A stretch of DNA of 64,000 nucleotides from an uncultured Nitrososphaeraceae archaeon (GCA_963825865.1 CAWGVG010000062.1:1-64000), one strand, 5' to 3'. Shown: positions 23,734-36,848, counted from the stretch's first letter. A program made the numbers and translations. The notes: generated from the sequence alone by a model not told the origin.

Positions 23734-26456
23734 TTACCGTGTATACTTTCTTTCAAACCTTCTTCTCAAAGCTATAGCAATAAGACCAAATGTGACAGCT
23801 CCACCAACCAGCTTGATAACATAGTCTATGGCTCCTACCTTGGTATCACCTCCTAATGGAAGGAGAGGGATAAAATCTGCAATACTTCTCTGAAAAGCCT
23901 TGAGTAAATGCATATAGTTTGTGGCATTCTTCAATAGAATAAAAGTGGATGTATGGTTTGCAATCTCCGGTTTGATATATGTGAGATTGAGAGTAGGTTC
24001 AAGAGTTGGACGCGACTGTGTTAACCAAAATGACGTTGAGAGTGACACGATTAGTATACCTGCAAGAGTGGGTCTAAGTAAATCTTCTCCATATCTTGAT
24101 AAATGATAATACCAACCAATTAATGAAAAAATATTTCTTCTGAACCAATTATTTTTCTTTATTGCAGAATTTGATGAATCTGGTGATGATTGGCTAACTT
24201 GTCTATATTTTCTCTTCAGTTCCATTTCTTTTATGAAAAATTTTCCAGGCTTCATCAAATCTAAGTCTAAACTCATAGTTTTCTCTTAAGTTTCTATAAA
24301 TTGATTTCACAGTACTCAGATTTTTTGATCCTGCTGATCTAAGATATATGTAAAGGTAATCTCTATCTTCTATCCAAGAAAATTTATAATCAGAGATGCA
24401 ATGACCATCAATTTTCAAGCTTGCTTGGTTATTTTTATCAAGTTTAATAGTGATATCATAATAGTGTTCGATAGTAATATCGTGATGGGCCGGAAGTTGA
24501 TATTCCAATTTTATTTTATCTTTGATATGTTTACCAGAGCTTTCAGAAATGCTTATTACGTCTTCATTAACTTTTATAAATTGTAAATCATTTACCTGCT
24601 CAATACCAAGTAAATGTATCAATTTTTTAAATGATATATTATTGATTTCATTTGATATTCTCTTTATTCTAAGAAGATAATCCATTGATAGTTCAATTTC
24701 CTCATCATCTATTATCTTGAATTGATCCTTTTCACCCCAACGAGCATCTTCAGGAAATTTAACTTTAACTACATTGGTATTTCTAAAAGAAATTTTAGTT
24801 AAATTCTCTCCAGTAAATGAAACCAATTCAGGTTCCTTAAATATTGTATCATGAAATCTAACTTTTCTTTTAAAGAAGCACTTATAAAAATACACCTGAA
24901 AGAGGAATGTAGTAAAAGAAAAATCTGCTTTATTAAGAAATTTGCAGTTGGTAAAATAGGCATTTCCAGAAAAAACTGCGTTATTAAATACTGCCCCGGC
25001 TGAGAATACAGCATCTACAAATTCAGCATCCTTGATAAATTTTGTTTGGTCAAAGCAGACTGTATCACAGGAAAATGGTGGTCCATTTAGGAATTCGGCA
25101 CCCCAAAAATATACTTTTTCTAAAAATTCACATTTAGAAAATCTTACTTCACCTACGAATCTGCAAAACGTAAAGTTTACCCAACCTGAGAACTTTGCAT
25201 CTGTAAAAATCGCTTTAGAGGAATATTTATTCATATCTGGGAATAGAGTCCTTGCTTTATCATAATTTTTTTCTTCAGGCTGGCTATTAATATCTGGTTC
25301 ACGACAAAATTCAGAACTGTGGAAATCTGCTTCTGCGTCAAATTTTGCAGAGAAAAAATTGCCCTCATGTAAAAATTTTGCAGAGGAAAATTTTGCTAAT
25401 CTAAGAAACTGTGCTCCAAAAAATACTGCACTTTCAAATTTTGCATTAGAAAAAATCGCTTCTTTAGAGAATTTCGTGTTATTGAAATGTGCTTTCTTTC
25501 TGAATGTCACTCTGGAGAAGTCTATTATCCCGTTAAACTTCAGCTTCGGAGAAATTTGCTTCTCCAGAGAATGTAGCTAAATTAAATGATGTTTGATTCG
25601 AGAATTTAGCTTTAGTAAAACTTACTCCGCTTGAGAATATAACCTCACCAAAGTCTGCTTCTTTTGAGAATGTGGCATTACCAAAGCTTGTGTATACTCC
25701 AGAGAATTCAGCTTTAGTAAAACTTACTCCGCTTGAGAATATAACCTCACCAAAGTCTGCTTCTTTTGAGAATGTGGCATTACCAAAGACTTGTGTATAC
25801 TCCAGAGAATTTAGCTTTAGTAAAATTCGCTATTCCAGAGAACCGAGCATCAATAAAGTCTGCACCTTGTGAGAACGAAGACTTGTCTAAATATTGCATT
25901 GTTGGAGAATGTAACTTCTCTAAAGCTTGTGAGTAGTCCATGGAATGTAGCTCCGTCAAAGTTTGATATGTAGGAGAATATCGCTTTTTTAAAGAACGTC
26001 TGTTTTGAGAATGTAGAGCTACGGAAGTTTGCTAGCCCGTAGAATTTAGCTTCACTAAAACTTACTCCGCTTGAGAATATAACCTCACCAAAGTCTGCTT
26101 CTTTTGAGAATGTAGCCTCCATTAAAGTTTGCTCCTTTGGAGAATGTAGCTTTTGCAAATCTTACTACATAAAACGTGGCGTCGTTAAAGTAAAGCTCTT
26201 TACTAAATTCTTCCTTTTCAAATGAAATATCAGGCAAACAATAACCAAAGAATTTGAAGTCCATATCGTTAGAACCATACTTTGATAATTTGCGTTTAAA
26301 CCTGTTCACTACTTCCTCCTTATACTTCTGATTGCTATTCCATTTAAGATAATTTACATCATGAAATATACAACGTGTGATCTCACGATTATGAACCAGC
26401 TCTAGGCATTTGAAGTCAACACTTCCACTACGATATTCATAGTCGCATGTAGACAT
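23734..26456 (-). CDS. Large pentapeptide-repeat protein with C-terminal membrane (ion-channel-like) segment; several frameshifts
   Basis: Dozens of AxFxxAxF repeats over ORFs 26085..26456, 25850..26158, 24203..25510; C-term SRYGEDLLRP plus TM helices in 23734..24276. Confidence 0.85.
25600..25825. repeat. Tandem ~102-bp near-identical repeats in the pentapeptide gene; related copy at 26041-26113
   Basis: aaaacttactccgcttgagaatataacctcaccaaagtctgcttcttttgagaatgt occurs three times. Confidence 0.9.
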
Positions 26457-26911
26457 TAGGATTTTTGAAAACCATTCAATACAAAAAGTTATCTACGATA
26501 TGGTTTCTCAATATTTTGCTTAAACTAGCATTTTCAGTCTATGAAGTGTCATATGTTATTAATTGATTGTTTTCTCTCAACTTCTTGCAATCTTATGGAT
26601 ATAGCTAATAGTTGGTCTGATAGACTGTGCTATAGCATAGTCTTTCATTTTATCACGATTTCTCAATGATTGAGTTTGTTCTTCTATCTTTTCTACTTTA
26701 ATTTGTCTTTCAACGACAACAGCGTATCTTATGATATTATCTAGCACTGTTGTGAGCTAGCATCAGCTCTTTCATTTTAGCTAAATCTAAAGTAACGTCA
26801 AGGTTTGAGCAGAGGGCCTCAATTAACTATATCCTATCATTAATCATTATAGTGCCTAACTATGTTCCATAATGTAGAACTCTAATATAATATGTGTAAG
26901 ATTCCATCGAT

Positions 26912-27223
26912 ATGACAAAAGTTCCAAATAGTTCAAGGTACGTCACAGATATCCAGAGTAACATTACAAGAAAAGGTTGCCATGAATCTGCATTAATGAC
27001 TGCAGCTCATATTTTGGTACGTCTTACTGAAGAAGGTAAAAGTCACGAAGAGATAGCAAGGGAGGATTTTGATAATAATTTGGAAATGGTATCTGTGTGG
27101 ATAGATTACATGACCGCAATAAATTGGATCTACAAGAATACCGATGGTAGCAACAAACGGATAGCAACAGATAATGGAAAAGAATGGGTAGAAAAGATGT
27201 TACAATATAACAATGAAAAATAG
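26912..27223 (+). CDS. Hypothetical wHTH-like protein
   Basis: 103 aa; EEIARE..W..M..W and ATDNGKEW wing-like pattern. Confidence 0.6.
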   Translation: MTKVPNSSRYVTDIQSNITRKGCHESALMTAAHILVRLTEEGKSHEEIAREDFDNNLEMVSVWIDYMTAINWIYKNTDGSNKRIATDNGKEWVEKMLQYNNEK

Positions 27224-27887
27224 CAGAACCTATTATATCTCATATTGCTTCTGAACGCAGAGTGGTTTACGACATGCGCATCAACCTGTTAACCAATGCG
27301 TCAAGGCTAGATGCAGCCATGAAATTCATATCGGATTACAAGGATAATCAACACTTGAAAGAGAAATTAAAAGATAACCTGGACGATAAAGGTACATATT
27401 ATTAGTTGCTTAGGATAATGAAGCTACATCGTATGATGATGTGCTCTCAGGATGGCCAGTATGGCAATGCACTTCTATAACTCCCAGAAGAATATGAGAA
27501 GTGTCTTGTTGGATTAAATGCAATCACAAAAGAAGCATGGAAGTTGATGATGCTGTCAGGTCCCTAGTTAGATATATTTTAGAGAATCAATTCCTGAATT
27601 AAGGAAGACGTTTTGCTAAAAAATACGTGCGTCAAGCAAAGAGAACAAAAGTCTACATTGTAGTTGGAGACTGTGGTTTTGCTTTACCAAAATATGCTTT
27701 TACATGTGCTCTATACAAATAATACAATATCACGATGTTAATTGCTACACCTATAAGCGGAAAGGTTATAGAACCCACAATTCCTGAAATGACATTCTTA
27801 GTATTTTCAAGAGAAGAAGCTGTAATAACAGAAGTGGGTCAGTAAAAGCTATTTGTTTATATCGATATTCGCAAAGGAATTAGATGT

Positions 27888-28349
27888 ATGTTGTTATTGA
27901 GTTTTTTTATCGTGACCTTCTTGGTGTCTATAAATACTGGAGCAGCACAGCAACCGCAACAGCAGCAACAACCACAAACAACCCAAGGGCTGCCAATAGT
28001 TATCGTACCTGCTATTACCGGAAATATTCTTGCTGTAGTTTCTTTCTTAATAGGAACTTCATCATTCATTTTAGGATTGAGAATCCAAAGTGCAGCAAGA
28101 ACAACTACTACAGGATCATCATCAGCAACATTACCGTCACCTGTAATGCACAAGTATTTTGAGATATTGATATTAGCACTGGTTATTCCTTCAATAGGAC
28201 TAAATACATATGGAATACTTCTAGTTGGGAGCCACTTGTATATACCAGATGCTCCTTACTTATCCCTCCTTTTTGCTCTGTTCATACCCGCAGGAGCGAT
28301 ATTATTTCTAGTCATAAAGTTACGTATTGCATATAGAACTAATACATGA
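27888..28349 (+). CDS. Multi-pass membrane protein
   Basis: Signal/TM segment, poly-Q linker, three more hydrophobic helices. Confidence 0.65.
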   Translation: MLLLSFFIVTFLVSINTGAAQQPQQQQQPQTTQGLPIVIVPAITGNILAVVSFLIGTSSFILGLRIQSAARTTTTGSSSATLPSPVMHKYFEILILALVIPSIGLNTYGILLVGSHLYIPDAPYLSLLFALFIPAGAILFLVIKLRIAYRTNT

Positions 28350-29007
28350 GTTAGGTAGAGTGGCTCACAGCAACAATTTCCTACGGGGATAGAGTGGCTT
28401 ACGGTCTATAATTTCCCCTCGTAGTTATAGACCTTATTTTATATAGTTATAAAGGATAGACATATAGCATTTTATAGCACTCAACACGGTATAGCTCACT
28501 ATCCCTCAGATGTTAAGGATTTCTTCTCCTCCGAGTTCATCCAATGCATGAATGCAAATGTTCCTTCGTCTAAGATATGATCTGTCTTGCTATCTCATGA
28601 CTCTTTATATTGCCTTTAGTCAAAAGTGCCCAAATTTTCTCACGTCTTTCTCTTATAACCACTTGGCTGTTTGGAAGATTTTTAACCATATTATTTTTGC
28701 AGTTATTTTATATATCTGTGCACAGATTGTATAAAAGTTGTATTTTTTCCATAGCTAACCAATACATGAGTTGTTGTAATAATTGTTAATACTGTGAATA
28801 ACTTAACTTACCAATCTGATGGTAATTACTTCCTCACCATTATTACATAGCTGTTAATCAAGATCTCTGCCTCAATTCCATAGCGATATTATAAGATCTT
28901 TGAAATCGCTCATGCACATTTTCAACCTCTCTCATAAAATTGTCATCTTGAGAGAACATTTTGAGAATACTTGAACTAATATCTTGTTCATAATATCGAG
29001 CTACACT

Positions 29008-29125
29008 TTAATCTCTATCGTAACTTTATCTCCGACGTGCATGTCATCGTATTCTTTCATACTAATTTTTAATGTAGGTATATCAGAAGGCGTACCCGTC
29101 CCTTAACCTCCTAACATATTCGATA
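29008..29125 (-). repeat. Diverged duplicate of the arcadin-1-like 3' half (3398-3523)
   Basis: ttaatctctatcgtaactttatctcc..gcatgtcatcgtattctttcatactaattt..cctcctaacatattcga shared. Confidence 0.85.
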
Positions 29126-29227
29126 TATACATAGCTTTTGACTTGATAACCTGTAGTAAAGAACAAAAGCAACAAGAATATTCCACAAATTAGTAACAAA
29201 CATTCTAATAACATGAGAGAGTAAGAT

Positions 29228-29503
29228 TTGACAGTAACATTGGTTCAGTTTGGGGTTGATCAACTCACAAAAGCGCCATCCTACTGTTATTGTCCTAATT
29301 GTAAGTCACCTGGATGTTTAACACTAGAAAGACATTGGATAGATAACACCCACTCTATTCAATTGTGGGGTTGCAATATCTGTCATTTTAACTGGAAAGA
29401 GATATGGTCATCTTATGGTCAATCTATATGGTCCTTGCAATACCAACAACATAACTACTATCATCGCCATCATAGACAAAAATTAAGCCCAATAATACAT
29501 TAG
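29228..29503 (+). CDS. Small zinc-ribbon protein
   Basis: CPNC..WGCNIC. Confidence 0.5.
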   Translation: MTVTLVQFGVDQLTKAPSYCYCPNCKSPGCLTLERHWIDNTHSIQLWGCNICHFNWKEIWSSYGQSIWSLQYQQHNYYHRHHRQKLSPIIH

Positions 29504-29693
29504 ATTTGTTGATGATAGTTTAAAAAGTATCTATAACAGGCAGCGGTAGCAAACGGATACATAATTTGAAATCTCCGTTGTGTATTTTGCCCTAGACAAT
29601 TCCTCATTAGGAGCTTCTATTATCTTAGTTAGTAGCCGTTATAGTGGATCATAGTAGTAGCAGCAATATTACTGCATTGAGTGATGTTGATAG

Positions 29694-30303
29694 TTATTGT
29701 AATCCAGGGATATCCTCTGCTGGTGGTGACGGCTCTGAAGGCGGTGTTATTGGTCTTGGTGATGATGAGGGCGGTGATATTGGCTTCGGCGTAGGTGTAG
29801 GTGTAGGTGTTGTAACATTTTTTATTGTTATTGGAAGACCACATATTTTTGACTCAGTTGTATTAACAAACCTGAGCTTTGGGTTATTAGGATCACATAG
29901 TTTTGATTTTAGCGCCGGTGAAACAGTAGTATTAGTAGGTGATGGCGAAGGGATTGGTGATGGTGTTACTTGAGCTTGACCCCAAAATATTTTTACCAAT
30001 ATGATTATCCGGTAGGCATGTTATTGCTCTGATTTCAGCTTCATAGAAAAAAGATGGTCTTTTAATGACAAAAGCTTCAAGATAATTCCATTCATCCATC
30101 CAATCATGATTAAAATCAATATAGTTAACTTTTCCTATCCATATGGTATCATCAGTTCTTGCAAAGCTATCCTTTAGTTTACCTATAGTAGATTGAATTG
30201 CAATTCCCGTTTCTGTGCCATATAATTCCCACAGAGCAGCAGATTCATAATCACTCAAATGCCAACTATTAATCAGCATTAAGTCTCGATATTGTTTGAG
30301 CAC
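29694..30303 (-). pseudogene. DUF2971-like fragment abutting a Pro-rich secreted-protein fragment
   Basis: NSWH..ESAALWELYG, GIAIQST, GKVNY, KRPSFFYEAEIR; then PTPTP repeats and KLCDPNNPKLRFVNTTESKICG. Confidence 0.55.
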
Positions 30304-30473
30304 TGATCCTAGTATTATTTTTGGGTTCTGTAAACTTATCGAGGAATGATGTTTTCTGCATTTCTATACTGCATTTTTAAGGGAATTATATGTCAATATG
30401 CAACATATTTTTCAATATCGACCGTTCAAATGGATGTCCTATGATTTAGCTTATTCTATTACGTTTATGATTA

Positions 30474-30692
30474 TTATTCTATCTTTACTCTGTCTTTGTC
30501 TTGCTGTCGAGGCATCCAATTTAACCAAGGCTTCCAATACATATTATACCACTCTTCAGCTATTTTTGGCGCAGATTTAAGAAATTCTCCATAAGCATTA
30601 AACCAATATGTCATCAAGCTCTGCCAAACTGCTGTGCCTGCGACAAACGGATTGACATTGTTGAAATTTTTATTATCTTGCTCCCTTGTCAT
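30474..30692 (-). CDS. Hypothetical Trp-rich protein; frame probably extends upstream
   Basis: WQSLMTYWFNAYGEF..EEWYNMYWKPW. Confidence 0.5.
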   Translation of the reverse strand: MTREQDNKNFNNVNPFVAGTAVWQSLMTYWFNAYGEFLKSAPKIAEEWYNMYWKPWLNWMPRQQDKDRVKIE

Positions 30693-30929
30693 ATAAGATG
30701 ATGCAGAAGGTGGCTTGGCTTTAACCGTTTCTTCTTTTGGTTTATCAACAATAGTATCTTCTTTATTCGCTGTTGTAGGTTTGAGCGTTGTAGCAGCAGC
30801 AGCCGCACCTTCTTGTGTTGTTGCTGTTTTTGTTAATACTTCTGCATTTCTACAATCGATATGAACTTTTTCTTCAGTAATATAACTACAAGAAGAGCAT
30901 GCAAAAATTAAAGTCTAACGTCTTGACAT

Positions 30930-30993
30930 TCGATGCTACATGCGTGACCCTGATGGCTATATCATCGAGGTTGGGCAAACAACCGGTGGCTGA
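30930..30993 (+). pseudogene. VOC/glyoxalase C-terminal fragment
   Basis: RCYMRDPDGYIIEVGQ*. Confidence 0.55.
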
Positions 30994-32332
30994 AAGATAT
31001 TGAGACCGTGTAAAGAGAGATGGATGGATAATTGCAGCTATAGGCTAAAAAGGAATCGTTCATCATTATCAGATCGTGTAAAAGCATCTCTTCTAGCATG
31101 TTTATCATCTTGTATGGTACGGATAATGCTTATGTTCAAATGTTATCCTTTTAACTTATGATACAACAGATGACCAAAGACGATAAGTATGAGACAGCAC
31201 AGATTCTATTTAATCCTCTTAAAGTCGAAGAATTTATTGATTATGCCTCTGTCAATATTTCTCCAATCTAGGTAGGAAAAGTTTTACAACGGGTTTGGAT
31301 AAATAATATGAAAGTTCCTGATTTACAAGAGGTTTTTAACAGTAGCGACACCAAGGCTAGAGAGGGTATAATCAAGGATATAACCACGTGGAAGAAATTC
31401 TCAGATTCTTGTTTTATCCCTCATAGCGAGGTAAATGATTGGTCTCATGGAATTTACAAATTAAAAGATTCCTTGTTGTTAACCTCTATTATTGCCGATA
31501 CAAGATTTAATCGCCTTGAAAGTGAAGATAATTTAAAGATAGTAACTGCCTACCATACTCCAATTAAGAAGCGAGTCACCTGTAGATGGTTTTCATAGGG
31601 CTGTCTGCGCTAGCTTTTCTTCTGAAATCAAAAACGGAGAGAGGCTCAGTTTTCCAAAGGTCATAATATGGGAATGTTATGGTAAGTTGGTTCACACAAT
31701 TTTTCCTTTTGAATTCAGTCATCTCTTGACACCTTATACCGAATGCATAAAATAAGAAAAAAGTGATTATTTACTATGTCAAAAATATGACTACCAATTG
31801 CACTTATTATTTCTAGTAGTATAATGATAACTGCTAACAACTTTTTTGGTACTACCTATGCTGTTGCCTACATCAGCGATCTAAATCAAACTAGATCTAA
31901 TCCGTTCATTTAATCAGACAATAATACCATCTCTCTATACTCATGTCCAAACATAGTGAGAATGGAACGATTCTTTTTCTGAGATGTTTCGGAAAGAAAA
32001 AGCTATCAGATCAAATTATGGTTTTAACTGCAAGAATGCAGGAGATTGAAAGAAGGCAATGATTGTGATCTTAGATAAATAGTGTGCAAAAAAGAGGATC
32101 GCTATCATAACATTAAATAATTCTTTTTTCTAGATATTGACGATTATCTAAAGCTGTTTCCGAGGTTCAATTGGAACTTGATGTAGCAGGCCTGTCATAC
32201 AATTCTTTATTGTCTTCCTTTAATTTCTCCAGTCGGATTGGAAAATATCCCTTGCTTGCACCCTTAAGGCCTTCTTTTATCTTTACCTTGGCATGCAATG
32301 AGTCAAAATCTTTAGTCGTTATAAATTCCTCA

Positions 32333-32965
32333 TCAATATTGATAAATTTCTATTATTGCCTTCTCGAACATGCTTTGAAGTTTATTCGTGTTACTCTCAA
32401 ATTGATCTAAATAACCTCCGTGTCTATATACAGAATCATGGATATCGTCCTTTAACTGCATTATCCCTATTGTAAAGATTTGAGATATAGTTATACTCCA
32501 ATCCGATTTGATTTGTATTTTTGCATCTGGTGACGCATTCTCTAATATCAGGTGCTTTGTTGTGTAATCATGATCATACTGCCAAGCAACCACATTGTTA
32601 TTATATGAGACACAAGGTTTCGGTTGTGCCAAGTGGACAAGTTTGTGTCTAAAAAGATCAGCGACAAGACTGGCTTGCTCATCTGTATAACCCATGAATT
32701 GCTGCATGTAGTTCTTTGAATTTGCTGTAGTATCTACATTCTTGTTTGTTCTTGGATTCTTTCTTGTTGCTTGGCCAGCACTTAATGCTCCTAACAAATC
32801 GATAGTTGACATGCAATAAAGTATAGCTGGAAATGAAGCAAAAGGTTGTTGTGAGCAGTGAATCACATCTTTTTCTAGAGAATCCATTCTTTCTTTGACA
32901 AAGCGCCTCGCAAATCTTCTCAATTCATTCTTATCTGGAAATCTGCTTGTAGATGGTGTGCTCAT
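32333..32965 (-). CDS. Putative HEPN-domain protein
   Basis: Helical 210 aa; IDLLGAL and FRHKLVH (RxxxxH) motif. Confidence 0.6.
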   Translation of the reverse strand: MSTPSTSRFPDKNELRRFARRFVKERMDSLEKDVIHCSQQPFASFPAILYCMSTIDLLGALSAGQATRKNPRTNKNVDTTANSKNYMQQFMGYTDEQASLVADLFRHKLVHLAQPKPCVSYNNNVVAWQYDHDYTTKHLILENASPDAKIQIKSDWSITISQIFTIGIMQLKDDIHDSVYRHGGYLDQFESNTNKLQSMFEKAIIEIYQY

Positions 32966-33539
32966 ATGTATACGACGGGTCCATAAATTATTTACGTTTT
33001 CAGGCCTAGGAGTAATTGCCTACTTTATCATACACTCCTTCAATCTTAATCCCTGAAGCATCAACAGACTGATCTTTTTTGTACGTAGTTTGATACCTAC
33101 ATGGCAAAAGGACTCACACCACCAGCTATCTTTTTCATTAAGATGAGTATCTTAATGTTATAATTATTACTGTTCTGATCGTTGGTTACATTATTATTAG
33201 TTAGAATATCACAGTTAAAGCACTTGAATTCTTTGTCTGCTGATTCTGTTACTGTTATAATACCCGCTATACTTCTCCATTAATTAGAAGGGGATATTGA
33301 CCCCTCTTCTCTTGCATATGCCAATAGCCTCAGTATCTCTAACTTGTGGGCTTCGGAATACTTGTATTTGCAATGCTGCTCAATTGCGTCTAAGTCCCAT
33401 AGTGCTGTAGCTGCTGAAGTGGAAAACAATGAAGATGAAGAGTCAATCTGCAAGCGAAAATAGGGTAGTAGATACTGACTATTCGATCTGTTAAGGAGTA
33501 TTTACCACACAAGTCATACTCAACTGCTTCTTCTTTATG

Positions 33540-33911
33540 GTAATGTCACAAGTGCTGACGGAAATGACTAAATCCTGGCGGATGTATAGAAATACATGGA
33601 ATACCTTACCGATATGATCACTAAGGTTCCTGAAGGAACTAGCCCTGCTAAAGTAGATGAATTGCGCACGGCAGAGGCAGTGCGGTGCTGCTGAGCTTAC
33701 CAAAGCAGGTCATTTAGTTCGACTTTGGCGCCCACCGTTAGGTCCAGGTGAATGGCGTAGCATTGGGCTGTTCCGCGCCACAGACGAAGCAGAGCTTCGC
33801 GAAATTCTTGCCTCATTACCACTTCATATATGGATGCAAGTGACTATTACACCTCTGACCCCACATCCAAACGATCCTGAATATCGAGCCAAAGATAAAC
33901 CGCAGTCCTAA
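33540..33911 (+). CDS. Muconolactone delta-isomerase family protein (5' part disrupted)
   Basis: GHLVRLWRPP, WRSIGLFRA, LASLPLHIWM, TPHPNDP. Confidence 0.8.
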
Positions 33912-34027
33912 TAATGTTTGGATCGATGCTGCAACACCACTGGTTATCACGAACCTGACTAGATAGATTTTTAAATTAATTGGTTGTCTTATGAATAAAA
34001 AAATAAGGGAGTATGGTTTGGTTTATA

Positions 34028-34385
34028 CTAGGCTGGTGTAACGTGATAGCGTGTATCCTTGCCTAAACCAAATCTTTGAATTTTGAGTAGTGTTTTCCCT
34101 TCACTTAAATATGCGTCAATGTCTTCTGATGTTCGTTTTCCTACTTCCAGATATTTTTCTTGATTGCTGCCTATCTTCAGGGTCTGTTACTGTGTATCTG
34201 TATCTTTTGGTCTTCTTACCATTAAACTCCGCTGTTACTATTTCAATTTTCTCAGGATAAAATCGATAGACCTTCTTTTCGCTTGGCTGCAATTTTTTAA
34301 ACTTATTGTCCTTTTGTCTTGATTCTGGATTTCTCTGCAAATTTTCCCGGGTTTTAGGACTTAATACTTGGCTTTCTGATGCCAT
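34028..34385 (-). CDS. Putative phage/plasmid-type ssDNA-binding protein (frameshift near 34171)
   Basis: KFKKLQPSEKKVYRF..RYRYTVTD plus EKYLEVGK..LLKIQRFGLGKDTRYHV, resembling gp32-like OB folds; function inferred. Confidence 0.5.
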
Positions 34386-34802
34386 ATTTAAACTGATTCA
34401 CCTCCTTGTTGCAAATTGGCATAACCCGACCCCTATGAATTAGCTGATTGGGTAGGCATAATTGCTTCATATCATGCTCCGGTTGTATTAAATAGCAAAA
34501 TACAGATAAATCCTAATGCTGAAATTTTTGAACCCTTTATTAGATATACCATACCTATTAACGAAAATAAGAAAGACAATATCATAAAAATACGAAAACC
34601 GGAGTATTGGGCATTGAAGTGGCCCATAGCAGCCTATATGTACTCTTGGAAAAAAACTAAAGAAGGCACACACATGCACTGTAGGACCTTCACTACTTTT
34701 GATCATTTGAAATTAGTTGATTTGAGACTAACCAAATCTTTTTTGATTTATTTTCAATTACTTCTATATTAATAGAGATAAGATTGTCCCTTAGTGATTG
34801 CA

Positions 34803-36848
34803 ATGAGTTTTATAGACACTATTATAACAGAAAGCTGACCTCAACTGTACAATAATACCCACAGTCAATCATTAACCATATCTAATCTTATCAATAATTT
34901 CCCATTTACATCTCAACGTGATAATCAAGCAAGGTACCTGAATGACATTTGTAATGCTTTCAATTCCGGCTACAAATACATTATATTAGAAGCTCCTACT
35001 GGCTTTGGTAAGAGCCCTGTGGCTATAGCAGTTGCTATGACTTTGGGCTCAAGCTACATATGTACTTCCACCAAGGATTTGCAGACTCAATACTCTAGGG
35101 ATTTTCCGTATCTTAAAGTAGCGAAGGGAAAAAATAACTTTGCTTGTTTGGTAAAAGAAGATTTTACTAAAAATGGCACTTACAAATGTGGAATTTGTAT
35201 TTCAGATAATGTGAATGAATGCCACCATACAACAGTAGAATATGGTCCTTGTATGACCAATGAATCCTTCAAAGATAGTGGCTGCAAATACAGGTCCTTT
35301 CTAAAGGACTACAAAATAAGCAACAAGGGAACAAAAGATGAACAAGTATTCATTGACAACGATAACAAAAATTATTATCAAAAGGAATATTCACAATGGT
35401 TACACCTAAGGAATCTAAAAGAAAAAAATCCTTGGAAACCATGCGAATACTTTAACCAATTGAACATGGCCCTAACCTCCAGCCACTCCATATTCAATTA
35501 TTCCATTTTCCTAGCGCTTTTGCCAAGCAAGAAAAGCCTACCTGAAAGAGACTTGTTGGTATTGGACGAGGGGCACCTATTAGAGACAGGGATCGTAAAG
35601 TTCAGAGGACTAACTATATCCAAAAGAAGGTGGAGAAGGTATATTCATGATTTGAAGATTACTGATTACGGTTATGACGACATAGAAAACTGGATTGATT
35701 TTCTTGTAGAGGTTGAGACAAAGATGCTTACATTGACTGGCAATAATTCTTTGGCAGAATCGTTGTCTATAGAACGAAAAGTCAAATACAATTACTGGAA
35801 GGGAAAAGTCTCATCAAAAGAAGATAAAAAGAATACACACAACAGGAGAAAAGAAAATAGTCTCTGCATCCGACTTATTTGATAGTGATGAAGAAATTGC
35901 ACAAAAATATGCTGATGATAAAAGCATATCAAGAAAATCATAGGATATTGGAGATGAACTCGCTGTCGATGCGTTAAAGGATACAGAGAGACTCACAAGA
36001 ACAATAAACAATATTCTTGCAAATCAAAAGAACTGGATAGTGTCTGAGATAAAGAAAGAAAATTACGAAGTAGTTAAAGTTGAATTAAAGCCATTAGATA
36101 TATCGCCATACTGTAAATCAGTATTTGAAAAATGCTCAAAAACATTGATTATGAGTGCTACTATATTAAACCATAATGCATTTTGTAGAAGTGTTGGTTT
36201 ATCTGGAGGAGAAGAGGATAAAGTTAAATTCATACAAATTCCTTCCGATTTCCCACTAGAACACAGACCTATTTATCCTCTTAATATTGAGTATCTTAAC
36301 TACAATAACTTACAGTCTAATGAAGTAAAATTGGCTATTGCAAAGACTGTTGACAACATAATGACATTGCATAAAAATGACAAAGGAATAATTCATACTA
36401 CCTCTTATGATCAACTGAATTTCATAAAGGAAAATATATCACAGACTAATGCAAGAAGATTATTAGTAACGGATCCAGAAATACAAAGGGATGAAGTCAT
36501 ATTTCAGCATACAAACAGGACTGTAAAACCAACTGTTCTTATCTCGCCATCGTTGCATACAGGTCTTGATTTAAAAGACGAACTATCTAGGTTTCAGATA
36601 ATAACCAAAGTACCATATCCCAACAAAAGTGATAGATGGACTAATGCAAAGAGAGATGGTAGATGAAGACTGGTACACTGGCAAACGGCATAAAACTTGA
36701 TACAGGCATATGGTAGACTGTAAGGTCGAAAGACGACTGGGCAAAGACATACATATTGGATTCAGCGTTTGGATATTTTGTAAAGAAGAACAAGGAGATA
36801 TTACCAAATTGGTTTATACAAGCAATCAGAGGAAGGCTACAACAATAA
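34803..36848 (+). CDS. DinG/XPD-family SF2 helicase (several indels)
   Basis: LEAPTGFGKS, VLDEGH, MSAT, GLDL, KVPYP, QAYGR, YILD; Cys cluster. Confidence 0.88.

Noticed and set aside
29629-29973. Gly/Val-rich ORF 29644..29973 (+) and overlapping ORFs
   Set aside because: Antisense shadow of the Pro/Thr-rich minus-strand fragment
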